From: Saccostrea cucullata
Taxonomy: Eukaryota
Direction of reading: 5' to 3'
Assembly: GCF_032062105.1 (NCBI RefSeq)
Contig: NW_026934603.1
Span: 1-59,484 of the forward strand
Length of the DNA: 59,484 bases
Both the position numbers and the translations under genes were made by a program. A model generated the notes under the pieces. That model was not told the DNA's origin. It searched no databases and saw nothing but the letters and a program-made list of their open reading frames with translations. Below, piece after piece: positions 12,596 through 24,196 of the stretch (position 1 is its first letter; each line of letters begins with the position of its first letter).

Positions 12596-13110
12596 ATGGG
12601 GATATTTGGAAATGGTGCGCTCGGTTTTGGCCACTGGTTTGGATCCAAGCGCCAAATTAGCCAAAGTAGAAAAACCAGCCAAAGCGGACAGAATGATCAG
12701 GCGCGCCGATTTCGATTCAAGTTTCTTAAACGTTTTCGATCATCCGGCGGATCTAATCAAACACTCCCAGAATTCCCAATTTCAAAACATTTTGTAGACG
12801 CACTCAAAGAAGAGGGCTTGCTAGTTCCAGGGTCAAAAGACCATCCGGCCCTCAATATTTGTGTAGGGATTCAAGATGATGAATTACAACATGATAGGAG
12901 ACTGAGATACAGGTCGTACGGAAAATCGAGATGGGATGACGTTTTTGCCACCCCTGGCGTCCGCAAAGTTGCTCTAGAAATGGATGCCAATGAGCCAATA
13001 ATTGACGAGCTGCCAGTCTCGCTTTGGTTAAACTGTGTTGATCCCATACTTCCAGCTCTCATTTCTCTCAGTACAATGCAGAGGCGCAGAACAAACCTTA
13101 CTAAATCCAG
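12596..13110 (+). CDS. Cryptic spliced gene/pseudogene of unknown family, exon A
   Basis: ORF 12596..13138, GC-richer than its flanks; donor AG|GTTAGC at 13110 (phase 2); upstream acceptor tttttatag at 12569. Confidence 0.5.
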
Positions 13111-13458
13111 GTTAGCTTTAATATCAAACTTTCCTTAATAGTGATTTACCCTATTGTAAGGTAGTAAATTCTCATGCTCTAGGATAAATTTAAAATAACT
13201 AACATGTCTTCCCAATATTTTCTAATATAAATCAAACAATTTTTTTCTGCAGGCCTAGGATAAAAATATGTGCGAAAATGTATTGGATATTGTGCTTTAT
13301 GATTGCTTTTGAAAAAGATGTAACTGATGGTCGTTGCAAAATTTTTTAAAAATGATTGCAGTAATGATTAGAACCTCAATTTAGCTATTTTTATCTCTTT
13401 TCTCAAAATTTCTATTTGATTTCATTATATGTTCTACATGTATTTAATTTTTTTCAAG

Positions 13459-13675
13459 GCCCTCAGCTACTCCAGTACAAGACCCAAATGAAGTATCCAC
13501 GGATCATGGTGATTTGGACCGAGGACCCCCATGGCTTAATATTAATGTTATTGGTCCTCAAAATGTTCACATCATTTACCTGGTAAATCTACCCGCAACT
13601 GCTGAAGTACGACCAACAGATTTGCTTGGAAATGAGTACTATATGGAAAAGATGCGGATGTTCGATATCGTCACG
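13459..13675 (+). CDS. Cryptic spliced gene/pseudogene, exon B (PSATPVQDPNEVSTDHGDLDRGPPWLNINVIG...MFDIVT)
   Basis: Acceptor ttttttcaag; phase 2 matches exon A; open for 72 codons; donor ACG|GTAAAG. Confidence 0.5.
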
Positions 13676-13850
13676 GTAAAGTTATTGAAACACATTTTTG
13701 ATGTGATATTACCACATGCATTATAAAATATAAACATTTTTCTATTTGGCGTATTTGCTTATTTTTGATAAATTTTTTTTCTAGAATCAAATTGCATCAT
13801 TTTTATTGAGAAATAAAAGGCATACTAGTATTTAAAATTTTCATATCTAG

Positions 13851-14042
13851 GCACGGAGGGGTCGCAAAAAAGTACGATCAAAAATCACAAATATTTCTCG
13901 ATCACGTGGTCGCAACCCACTGATGAACAAGAGCCAATCAGACAACGAGGAAGAAGAGGGAGGGAGTTACCATTCTGAATCAGAGTCCGGAAACGAAGGA
14001 AATTACGATTTGATCCAAGATCTCTTTGATAATGGTGAATGA
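13851..14042 (+). CDS. Cryptic spliced gene/pseudogene, terminal exon C (ARRGRKKVRSK...SDNEEEEGG...DLFDNGE*)
   Basis: Acceptor ttttcatatctag, phase 0, 63 codons to TGA; AATAAA at 14214-14219. Confidence 0.5.
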   Translation, partial: ARRGRKKVRSKITNISRSRGRNPLMNKSQSDNEEEEGGSYHSESESGNEGNYDLIQDLFDNGE

Positions 14043-14670
14043 TTTGGCCGATTAAACAATAGCGAATGCGAATAGACATAAGAACAAAAACTCAAAACAT
14101 TATGTATTACATGTGTATAATATTTGATTATTTTTTTTTTAATTTTGCATCAGTATAATTATGTAAATTTCAGATGAACAATGCTCTGTGTACACAATAT
14201 TTTTTTTATATTCAATAAATTTTGCAAATTAATTTCATTTAATGTATTTTTATGCAAGACTTACGCATGGAAAACTTAATTCATATGGTACGTATATTCT
14301 CTAGGGTCTCTTTGCAAAATTAAACATTTGGTATACAAATGTTTAATTTATAAGTGTTTATTCAATGTCACATTGTGTGTCAAAATTCCAGATCGATGAA
14401 CTTGAAATTCAAAATATATAATATGCAGATTTGGGTTAAGACCTATTCATAGAAGCATTTTTCAATTTTGAGTGGGGGGAGGGGGGCAACCATACATTTA
14501 CATTAGAGGGAGGGGAGGGTTCTACAGAGCAAAAATTCCTCACAGATCCCAAAAGGCATCAAACATTATTACAGATTATGAGTAGGCACAAGAATCATCG
14601 ACCTCTAACTAGAACATTGATCAAATGATTGCGTAACGTACAGTACATAATTATGTAACTAAATATTAAG

Positions 14671-15054
14671 CAGGCACGTAGCATCGTTTTTGAAGTGGGG
14701 AGGCGGGGGGGGGGGCAAGAGAAATTTTTTTTTACTTACCTGTATAAGTTGACAAGCAAAAAAAAAAAGGAAATTGCCCAAACTCGAAAATCCTATTTCG
14801 GGGGGTGGAGGTGGAGTGGGGGTTAGTGGCTAACTTTTTTCAAGGCCAACTTCCTTATACCTTCATTTTTTTTTTTTGGCATACAATACTACATTTCCTA
14901 TCTATCACTATACTGTGGTTAGATGTGTGTGTGTGGGGGGAGGGCAACCAACCTTTCAATGGACATTTTCAATAAAAAATGTAATGTTGGGAGGAAAAAA
15001 TGGGGGGGGGGGCCGGCCCCCGCTGCCCCCCCCCCCTCCGTTGCTACGTCCCTG
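14671..15054. mobile_element. G/C-tract-rich non-autonomous TIR element (hAT-like CAGG..CCTG ends)
   Basis: CAGGCACGTAGCA ... TGCTACGTCCCTG inverted termini with subterminal poly-G/poly-C; no clean TSD seen. Confidence 0.6.
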
Positions 15055-15753
15055 TTAGGTCCAATGTGAACAACGTGTTAAGGTAGTCCAAACCTAAAGC
15101 TCTGAAAATCAGCTTTTCAAAAATTTAAAATGTTCATAAAACTGTCTGTTTTTACACGGTAGCATGTATTTATATATGCATGGTAACTCTTCAAAGTTCA
15201 TCATTTTTATACTGAGTAGTTATTCATAATGATTAAAAGCACCAGGTTAATTAGAATTTTCTTAACAAAAATTGATAATCAAATATATTTTAGGACTAAA
15301 TACTTAAGGTATCTAATACATTAGGAAAAAAGGATGTTTTTACACGTATTCATATGTACTTCAAGTGTTATATATAATACATATAGTGTTAAAAAAATGC
15401 TTTCATTGCCAGACGTATATGTATTGAAGATCTGCATCAGTTCTTATTTCAGATCATGCTATTATTGTGAGCATTGTTATCTAATGCTAGACTAAATGAA
15501 AATCGATTTCTTTATAAATTAAATTATTTTTACACGTTTATGGGTTCCAACTGTCAAGATTTTAAGATACCTTTTCAAAAGGGTCCTGTTTTCAATCATA
15601 CATGGAAATTATTGAAGCTTTTTATCTTTAGGTGTGCTAGTACTTTCAGTACTTTCATCCAAACGAAGCATGTTCATTAAGATCGGGTTCAATATTACAA
15701 AAAAATTAAAGTTGCGTCAACCAATGAAAGAACAGTTCACATTTCTGGTGAAA

Positions 15754-15831
15754 ATGAGTACCCAGAAGTCGTCGATGATAAACACAAGAGAAGAACTGAA
15801 TGAATTAGTACGAAGGAGGACCGAAATAGCG
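15754..15831 (+). CDS. MEAF6: MEAF6 coding exon 1
   Basis: ATG at 15754, 26 codons, donor GCG|GTAATT. Confidence 0.9.
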
Positions 15832-16068
15832 GTAATTGTTATTCATACAAGTCATTCTATCTTTTACAAACTAGCCACTTGCGTTTAAACATAATCTGTG
15901 TCAACTGTTAACGAAAATATTGTGCTTATGACGCTGTTATGACGAGTATAAATGGCGGGTAAATCAATTTTAGTGAAAGAAAATGGGGCTGGAAGCAGAA
16001 AAGTAATGTAATTGAATGAAAAAAGTATATATGATCAGGAGATTCAATTCAATCCATTTAAATCCTGC

Positions 16069-16170
16069 TGTAACGGGAGAGGAGTAAAATGCAAAGGTCC
16101 AGATCAGGATTTGAACCCAAGCCCGCGGAGTCTCCAGTCAGATGCTGTACCAACCGAGCTTTCAGGCACT
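16069..16170 (-). mobile_element. tRNA-derived repeat ending in ...CCCGTTACA (tRNA-containing LTR-like or SINE-like fragment)
   Basis: Minus strand: A-box-like AGCTCGGTTGGTACAGC, B box GGTTCAAATCC, terminal GTTACA. Confidence 0.55.
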
Positions 16171-16395
16171 TGTTTCGTATTTATACTTTTAATTACCACA
16201 AGGTACCTAACTCAATTTTAGGCACCTCCGCTTCAAGTTCATATTTTGTTTATATGAATTATTTACCTACTTAAAAATGACATCGTTTCAGAAGTCTCTA
16301 ATCGAGCCTCTTTATCGTAGACCATTCATTTATTCCTAAAAAATTACCTCTATACAAATTAAGGCATCTTATAAGATATATTTACTTCAGGTTGT

Positions 16396-16473
16396 GATTA
16401 TAGATGTACGATAAAATCAGAGACCTCTGAATGAATACTCGGAAGTCTCTGGTTTTATCGTACATCTATAATC
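16396..16473. repeat. Hairpin with 29-bp arms (1 mismatch) and ~20-nt loop
   Basis: GATTATAGATGTACGATAAAATCAGAGAC / GTCTCTGGTTTTATCGTACATCTATAATC. Confidence 0.85.
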
Positions 16474-16743
16474 CCAAACTTATAATGTATCTTTTGAAGT
16501 GAACAATGTCATTTTAAAGTAGGTTAATGGCGTATACGAAACAAGTTTCTGTGACTGAGCTATCCAGCCACCGGTAAGTGAACCCGATGACCCCAAAACT
16601 ATCAATTGATCCAAATTCTGGGAAGATATCTCTAATCACTGAGTGGCATTTGTCTGAGATTCATAAGACCTCACTACAAAAATTTTAGTTTCTACAAATC
16701 TCACTGAGGGCAGGCGGGTGCAGTTGTGTATTACAGGAGACCT

Positions 16744-17468
16744 TGTAACAGGTGGGGAAAAAGTGTCGGCCAGAGTGGGACCTCCCACTATTGGCTGCTA
16801 AGCGTGCCAGTGCTCTAACCACAAAGTTACCTGGTCGATGTACCCTATCCTCTGTTAGGTGTGTTCCCGTTTTGCACACATTTGGTAATTAGTATAGAAC
16901 AACAGGTGTGAAGTGTGTTTTGATAGCAATTATAGTCTGATTTCTGGTTTGGATTTACCTGGATTTACCTGTGAATACCTGATTTAGATTAATGTATTCT
17001 TAAGAGGTTTAATACAATTTTAATAAGCATTTTATTGAAATTTATATTTTTTGAAAAATATTTGATTTTATTAATATTTGTTTAATATTATTTATTATTA
17101 AGTCCAATTTCTTAAAAAAAAGAATACGTACTTTTCAATCTTGATAAAATTCTACTGAACTAAAGATATAACATGTAATAAAGAAAATAGTGAATAAAAA
17201 TTAATTTGAAAATAATGCACAAGCCAAGAACATGAAGAAGATGTTATAATAAGTTCACCAGATAATCAAATACCTTAACTTTGTATTTATTCTCTTATTT
17301 TTTCACTACAAGTTCACCTTTCACATACTAAGCTTAGTATGGTATAGACTATAGCAATCTCACCTGGTCAAATTCCTGTTTTTCACAGATATTTTAATTA
17401 CCTGTAATTCAAATGTGTGCAAAACGGGAACAAACCCTCTGTTACACTCTTTCCTTCTCTTTTTTTTG
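16744..17468 (-). mobile_element. Short tRNA-containing LTR (TGTAACA...TGTTACA, ~116 bp after removing a nested element) with adjacent polypurine tract
   Basis: TGTAACAG at 16744. CTGTTACA is restored after excising 16858-17444. Minus-strand A-box-like GGTAACTTTGTGGTTAGAGC; purine run AAAAAAAAGAGAAGGAAAGAG abuts the 5' TG. Confidence 0.55.
16858..17436. mobile_element. Non-autonomous DNA transposon with GG..CC ends and 8-bp TSD (Merlin- or MuDR-like)
   Basis: 27-bp TIR GGTGTGTTCCCGTTTTGCACACATTTG (1 mismatch); TSD CTCTGTTA at 16850-16857 and 17437-17444. Confidence 0.9.
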
Positions 17469-18055
17469 AGGTTTTTCCATCCGGAAAGCATCATCAAGAG
17501 CCGGGGGCTCAGAAAATAGCGAAAACAGGGTGGTTATTTTGGTATTCTCTTCGTAATATTTAATATCATATCATAACTTCAAAAAATGTTTTGAAAAAAA
17601 TTCAAAGAATCTCTAAATTAATGTCAAACTTTACTTTAAGTGAAGATAATCCACCCAAATTATGCTAAATGAATCATTTTCTGCCAGTTTCATTTTCACT
17701 TCCTTCAAATTTTTTCAGACTTTTGATACAATGCTAGACAATTTCAATCACTGTACAGGGGGGCGCTGATTTCCTGACCACTGAAAAAAGACTAAGGGGG
17801 GCGCTTATAGGGGCAGGGGCAGTTAATAGGGATCCCGAATTATACAGTATTTGCTCTTCTATTTCTGCCATGCTAGTTTTAAACTGGCTGTTCAAAGAGG
17901 AAAATTTGTTAGTTGGACCTCCAAATAAATATGACTGCATTTTAATTTTTTTTAATTTGCATTCAAAATATCGAACACTTAACATCTTAAGTCTTTATAC
18001 ACTATACTAAGATTTAAATCCATATTAAAATGTATTTTGATTTTTTTTTTTTCAG

Positions 18056-18171
18056 GATACCCTTGCCAATCTTGAAAGACAGATTTATGCTTTTGAAGGG
18101 AGTTATTTAGAAGATACTCAGCTCTATGGAAACATTATCAGAGGATGGGATAGATATTTAGCAAATACAAA
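18056..18171 (+). CDS. MEAF6: MEAF6 coding exon 2 ([39 protein letters not shown])
   Basis: Poly-T CAG acceptor, donor AA|GTATGA, highly conserved peptide. Confidence 0.96.
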
Positions 18172-18762
18172 GTATGAACAAATTAATACAAGGCTTTCTT
18201 TTGAAGGCGTGCTATGTAAACACTGAATGTTATTACATTCATTTAAAGCCGTCTTTAAATTTGTGAACAGGAAACATTCTGTTTTGGAGTTTAAATTTGT
18301 AGGTGTTCAATTTCAATTTTTTTTCTGTGGCAATTTGTGGCGGGAATCTGAATTCATGCACAAATAACGATTGCATTCAATTTCCTTAAAGTGAATTTCT
18401 AACACATATGAATTATTTATGTTTCGGTAAAGTGCAACATTTGCAAAAATACAGATGTATTGAGAATTAATATGAGTTATCCTCCCCTATACAGTATGTG
18501 CACACTTATAGTCAGTCAGGAGTAGTAGAAATCATGTTCATCCCCTCATATTTACATTAATCATATTTTAAATGTCAATAACCATTATCACCATGATTTT
18601 CATCATAGCAAATTTTGCCTAAAGTCAAAACCTTCTTTTAACTTAAATCTTATCTTTTCATGTGATTCTGAGATATCATGCTTAAAATATTCATGCATTT
18701 TGTCATTTCATGTTCATTTCATCCCCTATTAATCCCAAGCCAATCCACAGCCTCTTTTCTAG

Positions 18763-18850
18763 GAACACAAACAGTAAGGCAGACAAACGGAACAGGAAAT
18801 TCAAGGAGGCCGATCGTCTCTTCTCCAAATCTTCTGTCACATCGGCTGCC
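18763..18850 (+). CDS. MEAF6: MEAF6 coding exon 3 ([29 protein letters not shown])
   Basis: Acceptor cttttctag, donor GCC|GTGAGT. Confidence 0.96.
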
Positions 18851-19133
18851 GTGAGTCAATTTTATTATATTTAGCTAAAAATCTGAAATGCTGCTTCTTG
18901 CTCTGCTAAGCAGGATTTTCTGTTTGGATCAAAATGTTGCCAGTACAGATTTGAATTGTTTTCACAATACATTTTATCTGTATATTTAAATCATGTACCA
19001 TGATAAATACCTTGATAGTTCATTTTGAAAGCACAGTCACTCATCAGGCATTGTAATACCAAAGAATGCAGATAATTAACCCATATCTTATAGAATAAAT
19101 GTCTATAAGTAAAATTATTTTTTATTTTTGTAG

Positions 19134-19170
19134 GCTGTCAGTGGTATAGTAGATTCATTTGACAAAAACC
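19134..19170 (+). CDS. MEAF6: MEAF6 coding exon 4 (AVSGIVDSFDKN)
   Basis: Acceptor tttttgtag, donor C|GTAAGT, phase 0-1. Confidence 0.88.
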
Positions 19171-19552
19171 GTAAGTATTTGGTTCATAAACTATACTTTC
19201 AGAATCATTGCTTTCTTAAACTTCAACTAGTTGAATTTAAACTAAATATGAAAAAGAAATGAAGAAACTGTAAACTGTAATATAGGCTCATGCCACTGAA
19301 GTACAGAATATTTTTAGAAAGTATCAAATCAAAATGTCATGGGAAGTAACTCTGTAAATGCATTGTAATTTACACAAAAAGTAGTAGAAGATTTAGTTAA
19401 TTTTCTTCAAAGAGCTCACATCAACAAAAAAACTTCATTTTTTGTCAAAGATTGGAAACTGATTTTAAAAAATCTTGAACACTTAGTGTATTACAAAGAA
19501 AAAAATCACAGGATAACCGAATCATAAATGAAATTGTGAATTTTTGTGACAG

Positions 19553-19724
19553 GTGACCGAGACTGTCCGTCTAGTCCGGATTCCCAGAACAACCAGAACA
19601 GTGCCAACACACCACAGACAAACGGACAGTCCGACAGCAACGAGTCCAGTCACAACCACTCAGGGAAGCTCCACAAAGGGGGCGGGGTTATACGACACAA
19701 GAAAAATAAAAGCAAAAAACACAG
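19553..19724 (+). CDS. MEAF6: MEAF6 coding exon 5 (RDRDCPSSPDSQNN...RHKKNKSKKHR)
   Basis: Acceptor gtgacag, frame of ORF 19546..19758, donor AG|GTGGGA; basic HKK..KHR end as in MEAF6. Confidence 0.88.
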
Positions 19725-19846
19725 GTGGGAATTCACTGTTACTGAAACAGGGACTTAATAGATTAATAATATTTTACTTTTATATGTTGGTTTTTATTTT
19801 CATTCATGCTATTTTGTGTGTGTATATTTTGGTATTATTTTTTCAG

Positions 19847-19877
19847 AGTTGAAGTGAAACTAAAAAGAGGAAAAGAT
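19847..19877 (+). CDS. MEAF6: MEAF6 coding exon 6 (VEVKLKRGKD)
   Basis: Acceptor tttttcag, donor GAT|GTAAGT; resembles the recalled vertebrate RIDLKLNKKPR tail. Confidence 0.8.
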
Positions 19878-20600
19878 GTAAGTTTATAACAATTATTGAC
19901 AATCGACAAATATATAAAGTTATATAACTTTGTAAAAAAAGTTCTTACATTGAGATACATTTTAACATGAATAATCTTTGTACTTCAGAAATAAAAGTGG
20001 AAAACACTTGGAAAGGTATTGAGCAGTTGATGGTTCTTCAGAGCATTGTATTTCACACATCATATTTTCATTTCTGTGGTGTCTAGTTGCTAATATTATT
20101 ATACATATATATTATCAATGTACTAAAGTCAAACAACTAATTTGACGAATTTACTTTGGTTTTTACGATTCCACAGGCAGAAAAATAACAATTTTCCACC
20201 CTTTTTCTCTTCATAATAGGGATTTCAGTAGGAATGAATTACAGTAAAATAGAATAAATTTCAATACCTTTTGGTACAATAAAATACAATCATATTGTGC
20301 ACTATTTTTTTTTCCTCGATGGGGAGATTGTACATATACATGTATACCATTTACCCAGTACATATGCTTTAATCGTTTAATGGTACATCCAGAACTATAA
20401 GAACTATTTTCCAAAATTTTTATATGATTTACTTAAAAGATAATTAGTTTCAAATTGGTAAAATGACTGTTATGTGCACTTTATACACTTAAATTTAGTG
20501 GCTTTTTTCCTCCCGGAACATTCTTTTATTCACTTTTGTCTATGTAGACACTATTATTCTGTAGAAACCTCACACACTACAATGTCCTAATAATCATACC

Positions 20601-20655
20601 AAACAATCTGTTTGGATGAAACTAAAAAACAATCTGTTTGGATGAAACTAAAAAG
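20601..20655. repeat. 27-bp tandem duplication
   Basis: AAACAATCTGTTTGGATGAAACTAAAA x2. Confidence 0.85.
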
Positions 20656-20759
20656 CAACTACATTGTACTATAATACTAATTATGCCTTCCAAAGTACAT
20701 GAACATATGCATAAGACCCAATGTTCAAGCCCTAAATTCCAGTACTATATATTGTATTG

Positions 20760-20977
20760 CTGTAAAATCGTTTATTTTTGAGGGATCAAATTTTCATGGT
20801 TTGAGGGAAATATATTGGTTCTTTGGGAGTTGATTTCATGGGTGAAGAATTGTTAAGTTAGTAATATATTTTGAAAAATTGCATTTTATGATGGACATAA
20901 ATTTATAGCCTCATAGGTCTCTTCATACCTTGAAAACAACGAAAATTAAACCCCCATGAAAATTAGTGATTTCACAG
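20760..20977. mobile_element. Tc1/mariner-type MITE (CTGT..ACAG family, as at 3256)
   Basis: CTGTAAAATC ... GATTTCACAG|TA with GAAAATT subterminal motifs. Confidence 0.6.
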
Positions 20978-21770
20978 TATGCACATCATATATTTGATAT
21001 GTTTATTCCGTGCTTCTGCCAAATGTAATGTATACTGTCTGGCTAGACAATTTAAAATCTTTATTGTGTAGGCATCCTTAGATTTCATTCCCTATATTTA
21101 TAAAATTGACCCCTGTAACAACCTCAGATTCTCAAAAAACACAAAATAAATGAAATCCAGTATATCAAATTTGAAGATTGCTTAAAAAATTAAAGATTAA
21201 ATAATGCTAAATTGCTTAAATTCTTTAGCCTCTCAAGCTTTGAAAATACATTTTGTTTAAATTTATATATTTTTATAATAAATACAAAATTAAAGTTTTC
21301 TTGGAGTGAAGAGTGCATTTTTACTGTCATTTAAGGCTTATCTGTATAAGTACCAAGTAGAATTTTCTGGCCCTTCCCCATCCTGTCTTTCAAACCTCAG
21401 TAATGTGTAGTCAAAACAGTGCATTCAGCTCTGTTTCATAGAAACTTCAAGATATCACCAACATCATACAAAGATACATGTACATATGATAGAACAATTC
21501 AATTGTGTCATAAATTTTCTGACCTTAACCTCCCTATCACCTTGACCTTATTTTCTGTCCTTTGTCTTGACCTTATTAAAAATTCAATACTAGATATTAT
21601 CATCAAAATTCGTACACTTGATGTTTAATTTGGCAAGAAGGATTGAACTTTTTTTAAAACCTTGTTTACATACATGTACCCTAATACAGTGTATATTTAT
21701 ATTTTGTTTTATGACTTCATCATTCCCCATTTTGAGTTTAACTTAGATTCCAAAAAACTTATTCAGCATA

Positions 21771-21953
21771 CCGTATATATACTCGCCTATAAGTCTGTCC
21801 GCCTATAAGTCGGTTGTATTTAATAAGCTTATATCTCAGAGGGACTGACCTCATATAATACCCTTCATTTTATAGCTCGCCTATAAGTCGGACATAGAGT
21901 TTTGGACATTAGATTAACTCCCAAAAATCTGACTTATAGGCGAGTGTATACGG
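21771..21953. mobile_element. Tc2/pogo-like MITE
   Basis: TA|CCGTATATATACTCGCCTATAAGTC ... GACTTATAGGCGAGTGTATACGG|TA; internal CGCCTATAAGTC copies. Confidence 0.85.
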
Positions 21954-21958
21954 TACTA

Positions 21959-23152
21959 CAGTGGCTGCAACGTTATTGTTGACAACTTACATGAACGATC
22001 ACGTTACACGAACAATTCCGCACGATTAACGCACGATTAAACCTGTTACACGAACGATCCTTCTCGCAAACGATTCTATACTTTACACGATCTTACACGA
22101 TTGCTAACGCAAACGCACGATTCTTCACTCAAAATATTTAGGAATCGATGTTTTCAAAACGAAATACGAATAAATACTGGTTATAGATTTCAAAGTATTT
22201 TCAATATTAAAGTGTATTTCATAGACTTTGAAAAAAAATGGAAATGGATATTTCTGTAATCTAATACATGTAAGACTTATTTTTTATTTGAGATTATAAA
22301 TTATTATTATTTTAATAGGAAATTCTCCGATCTAAGAAACGGATTTTTTCGCTCTATCAGAAGATGCACGTGCAATTGGACTGTAAAATTTGATTGAATT
22401 GGATTTTATAATATGCAGAAAGGGGGAAACAATTAAAAAAAATATGGCAGCATCGAATGATTTGAATTACATGCTATATCCATGTTTCCATTGATGCAAT
22501 ATATGTGATTCTCTAAAATGAACTTGCCAATTATTTCGCATTTTTTATTAGCAGAAATTAAATAAAATAATTAAAAGTACATAACAGAAAAAGTTACACT
22601 GATAAACAAACCCCTGAAAAATCATGTCGAGTGCATTTATAATTATTCACGGACTAAATATTCATGTAAGTATTGAGAAATGATTTTTTAAATTGTAAAA
22701 CAATTATTCATTTTTGATGACCTGATTTTAAAAATATCATGAGCACAATTAGCAGTTAACAAGAATGAAAATCAGAGAAAAAAGTATTATATAACATCTA
22801 AGTAACTACAGATCGCGCTATTTGACGAGAACATTATATTGTACGACTTACTATATTGCTTGTTTACGAGCGATAATTAGTTTGTTCTGCATTCAATTAT
22901 GCAAATCGCGCTTCATATATTTTATTTGGATTTTAAAAAATAACAAATGAAATGCTTGTTTAACAAAGAACATTCTGTTAAAAACTTACAAAACGAAATG
23001 TACATGTTTCTAAACGCACGATCGCGCACGATTAATACTGCAAACGATTGAGTCTGATACACGCACGATCTTGCACGTTACATGAACGATCACGCACAAT
23101 ACACGAATGATTCTACACGATTGGTTTGTCAACAATAATGTTGCAGCCACTG
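21959..23152. mobile_element. Tc1/mariner-type non-autonomous element, 1.19 kb
   Basis: 27-bp TIR CAGTGGCTGCAACRTTATTGTTGACAA, TA on both flanks, ACGAT-motif arrays near both ends. Confidence 0.9.
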
Positions 23153-23303
23153 TAACTTCAAAATTCCTTGTTACCCCAGGATACAGAGATACCATTTGAT
23201 GCTAGCTATTAATCTGTGTCTTATCTTTTTGGGGCAGCAATGTTCTTTGAAATCAATTTACATTTTACTTATTTTTTTATTTTTTTAAAATCAGCTTTAC
23301 ATA

Positions 23304-23575
23304 ATTATGCCCCCTTTGAAGAAGGGATGGCAAATTGCTACTGTGTGTCGGTTGGTTGATTGGTTGGTCTGTCTGTTGGTCCACCATCTGTTCCATTTTT
23401 TTCTTTGCAGAGGTTGCTTATATTGAAATAAAATTTGGTATACAGAATTATCATAAGAATATCTAGGTCAAGTTTTGTTTTGGGTACAATCGAGCCATTT
23501 TGGACAGAGATATTCCCCTTGGACTTGAATTTCAATAATTTGGGGGGGGGGGGGGAGCATAAGCGTTTTGCAAGT
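23304..23575 (-). mobile_element. HINE (non-autonomous Helentron/Helitron-N)
   Basis: Terminal hairpin CCCCTTTGAAGAAGGG, (GGTT/GTCT)n microsatellite, GGGGGAGCATAA subterminal repeat. Confidence 0.65.
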
Positions 23576-24196
23576 TGTACATCTTTGGTTAATATAGCAT
23601 TACACAGCATAGCACTGAAATTAACATTATACACATACCTTTTTGAATTGTACATATTTGATATTAACCATTTTATAGTGCCGTGGTGTGTTTTGTGTAT
23701 TGGGTTTATTTAGAATTGCCATTGTATATTTTAAAATTCTATTTAGGCAGTTTCTATTTGGAAGTTACACATGTAGTACTTGGAAATTTGCTTTACATAA
23801 CCAAGAAACAACTCTTTCTTCTTCATAGTTTAGAATAAAAGTAAATGACATATTTTTATTGGTTACTCATCTGAAATATTGGACATTTTCCAGGCCTTTT
23901 TACGATATTAATATTTTACGTTCCAGGCACCTAAGATATATCAAAATTGTAAAAAAAAAAAAAAAAAAAAAAGCCTTTAAGAAAACTTAAGTTATTTTGG
24001 ACTAAATTGTTACAAATTCTGCTTTTACATTTGTGGTATGTTAATGAAAATGAAAAATTTTGCAGTATTTACCTTTTCTTTGCAAGTATTACAATACTGT
24101 ATTTAGACTTATTTTTGTCCCCAACCTCAGAGTAAAGAAAAATTTATAATTGAATTAAAAGATTGAAGAAATAATATTTTTTCATGTTTTTGACAG

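Noticed and set aside
15078-15310. Kolobok-like left end TTAA|GGTAGTCC (a similar end at 30834)
   Set aside because: No matching right TIR found, so boundaries cannot be supported.
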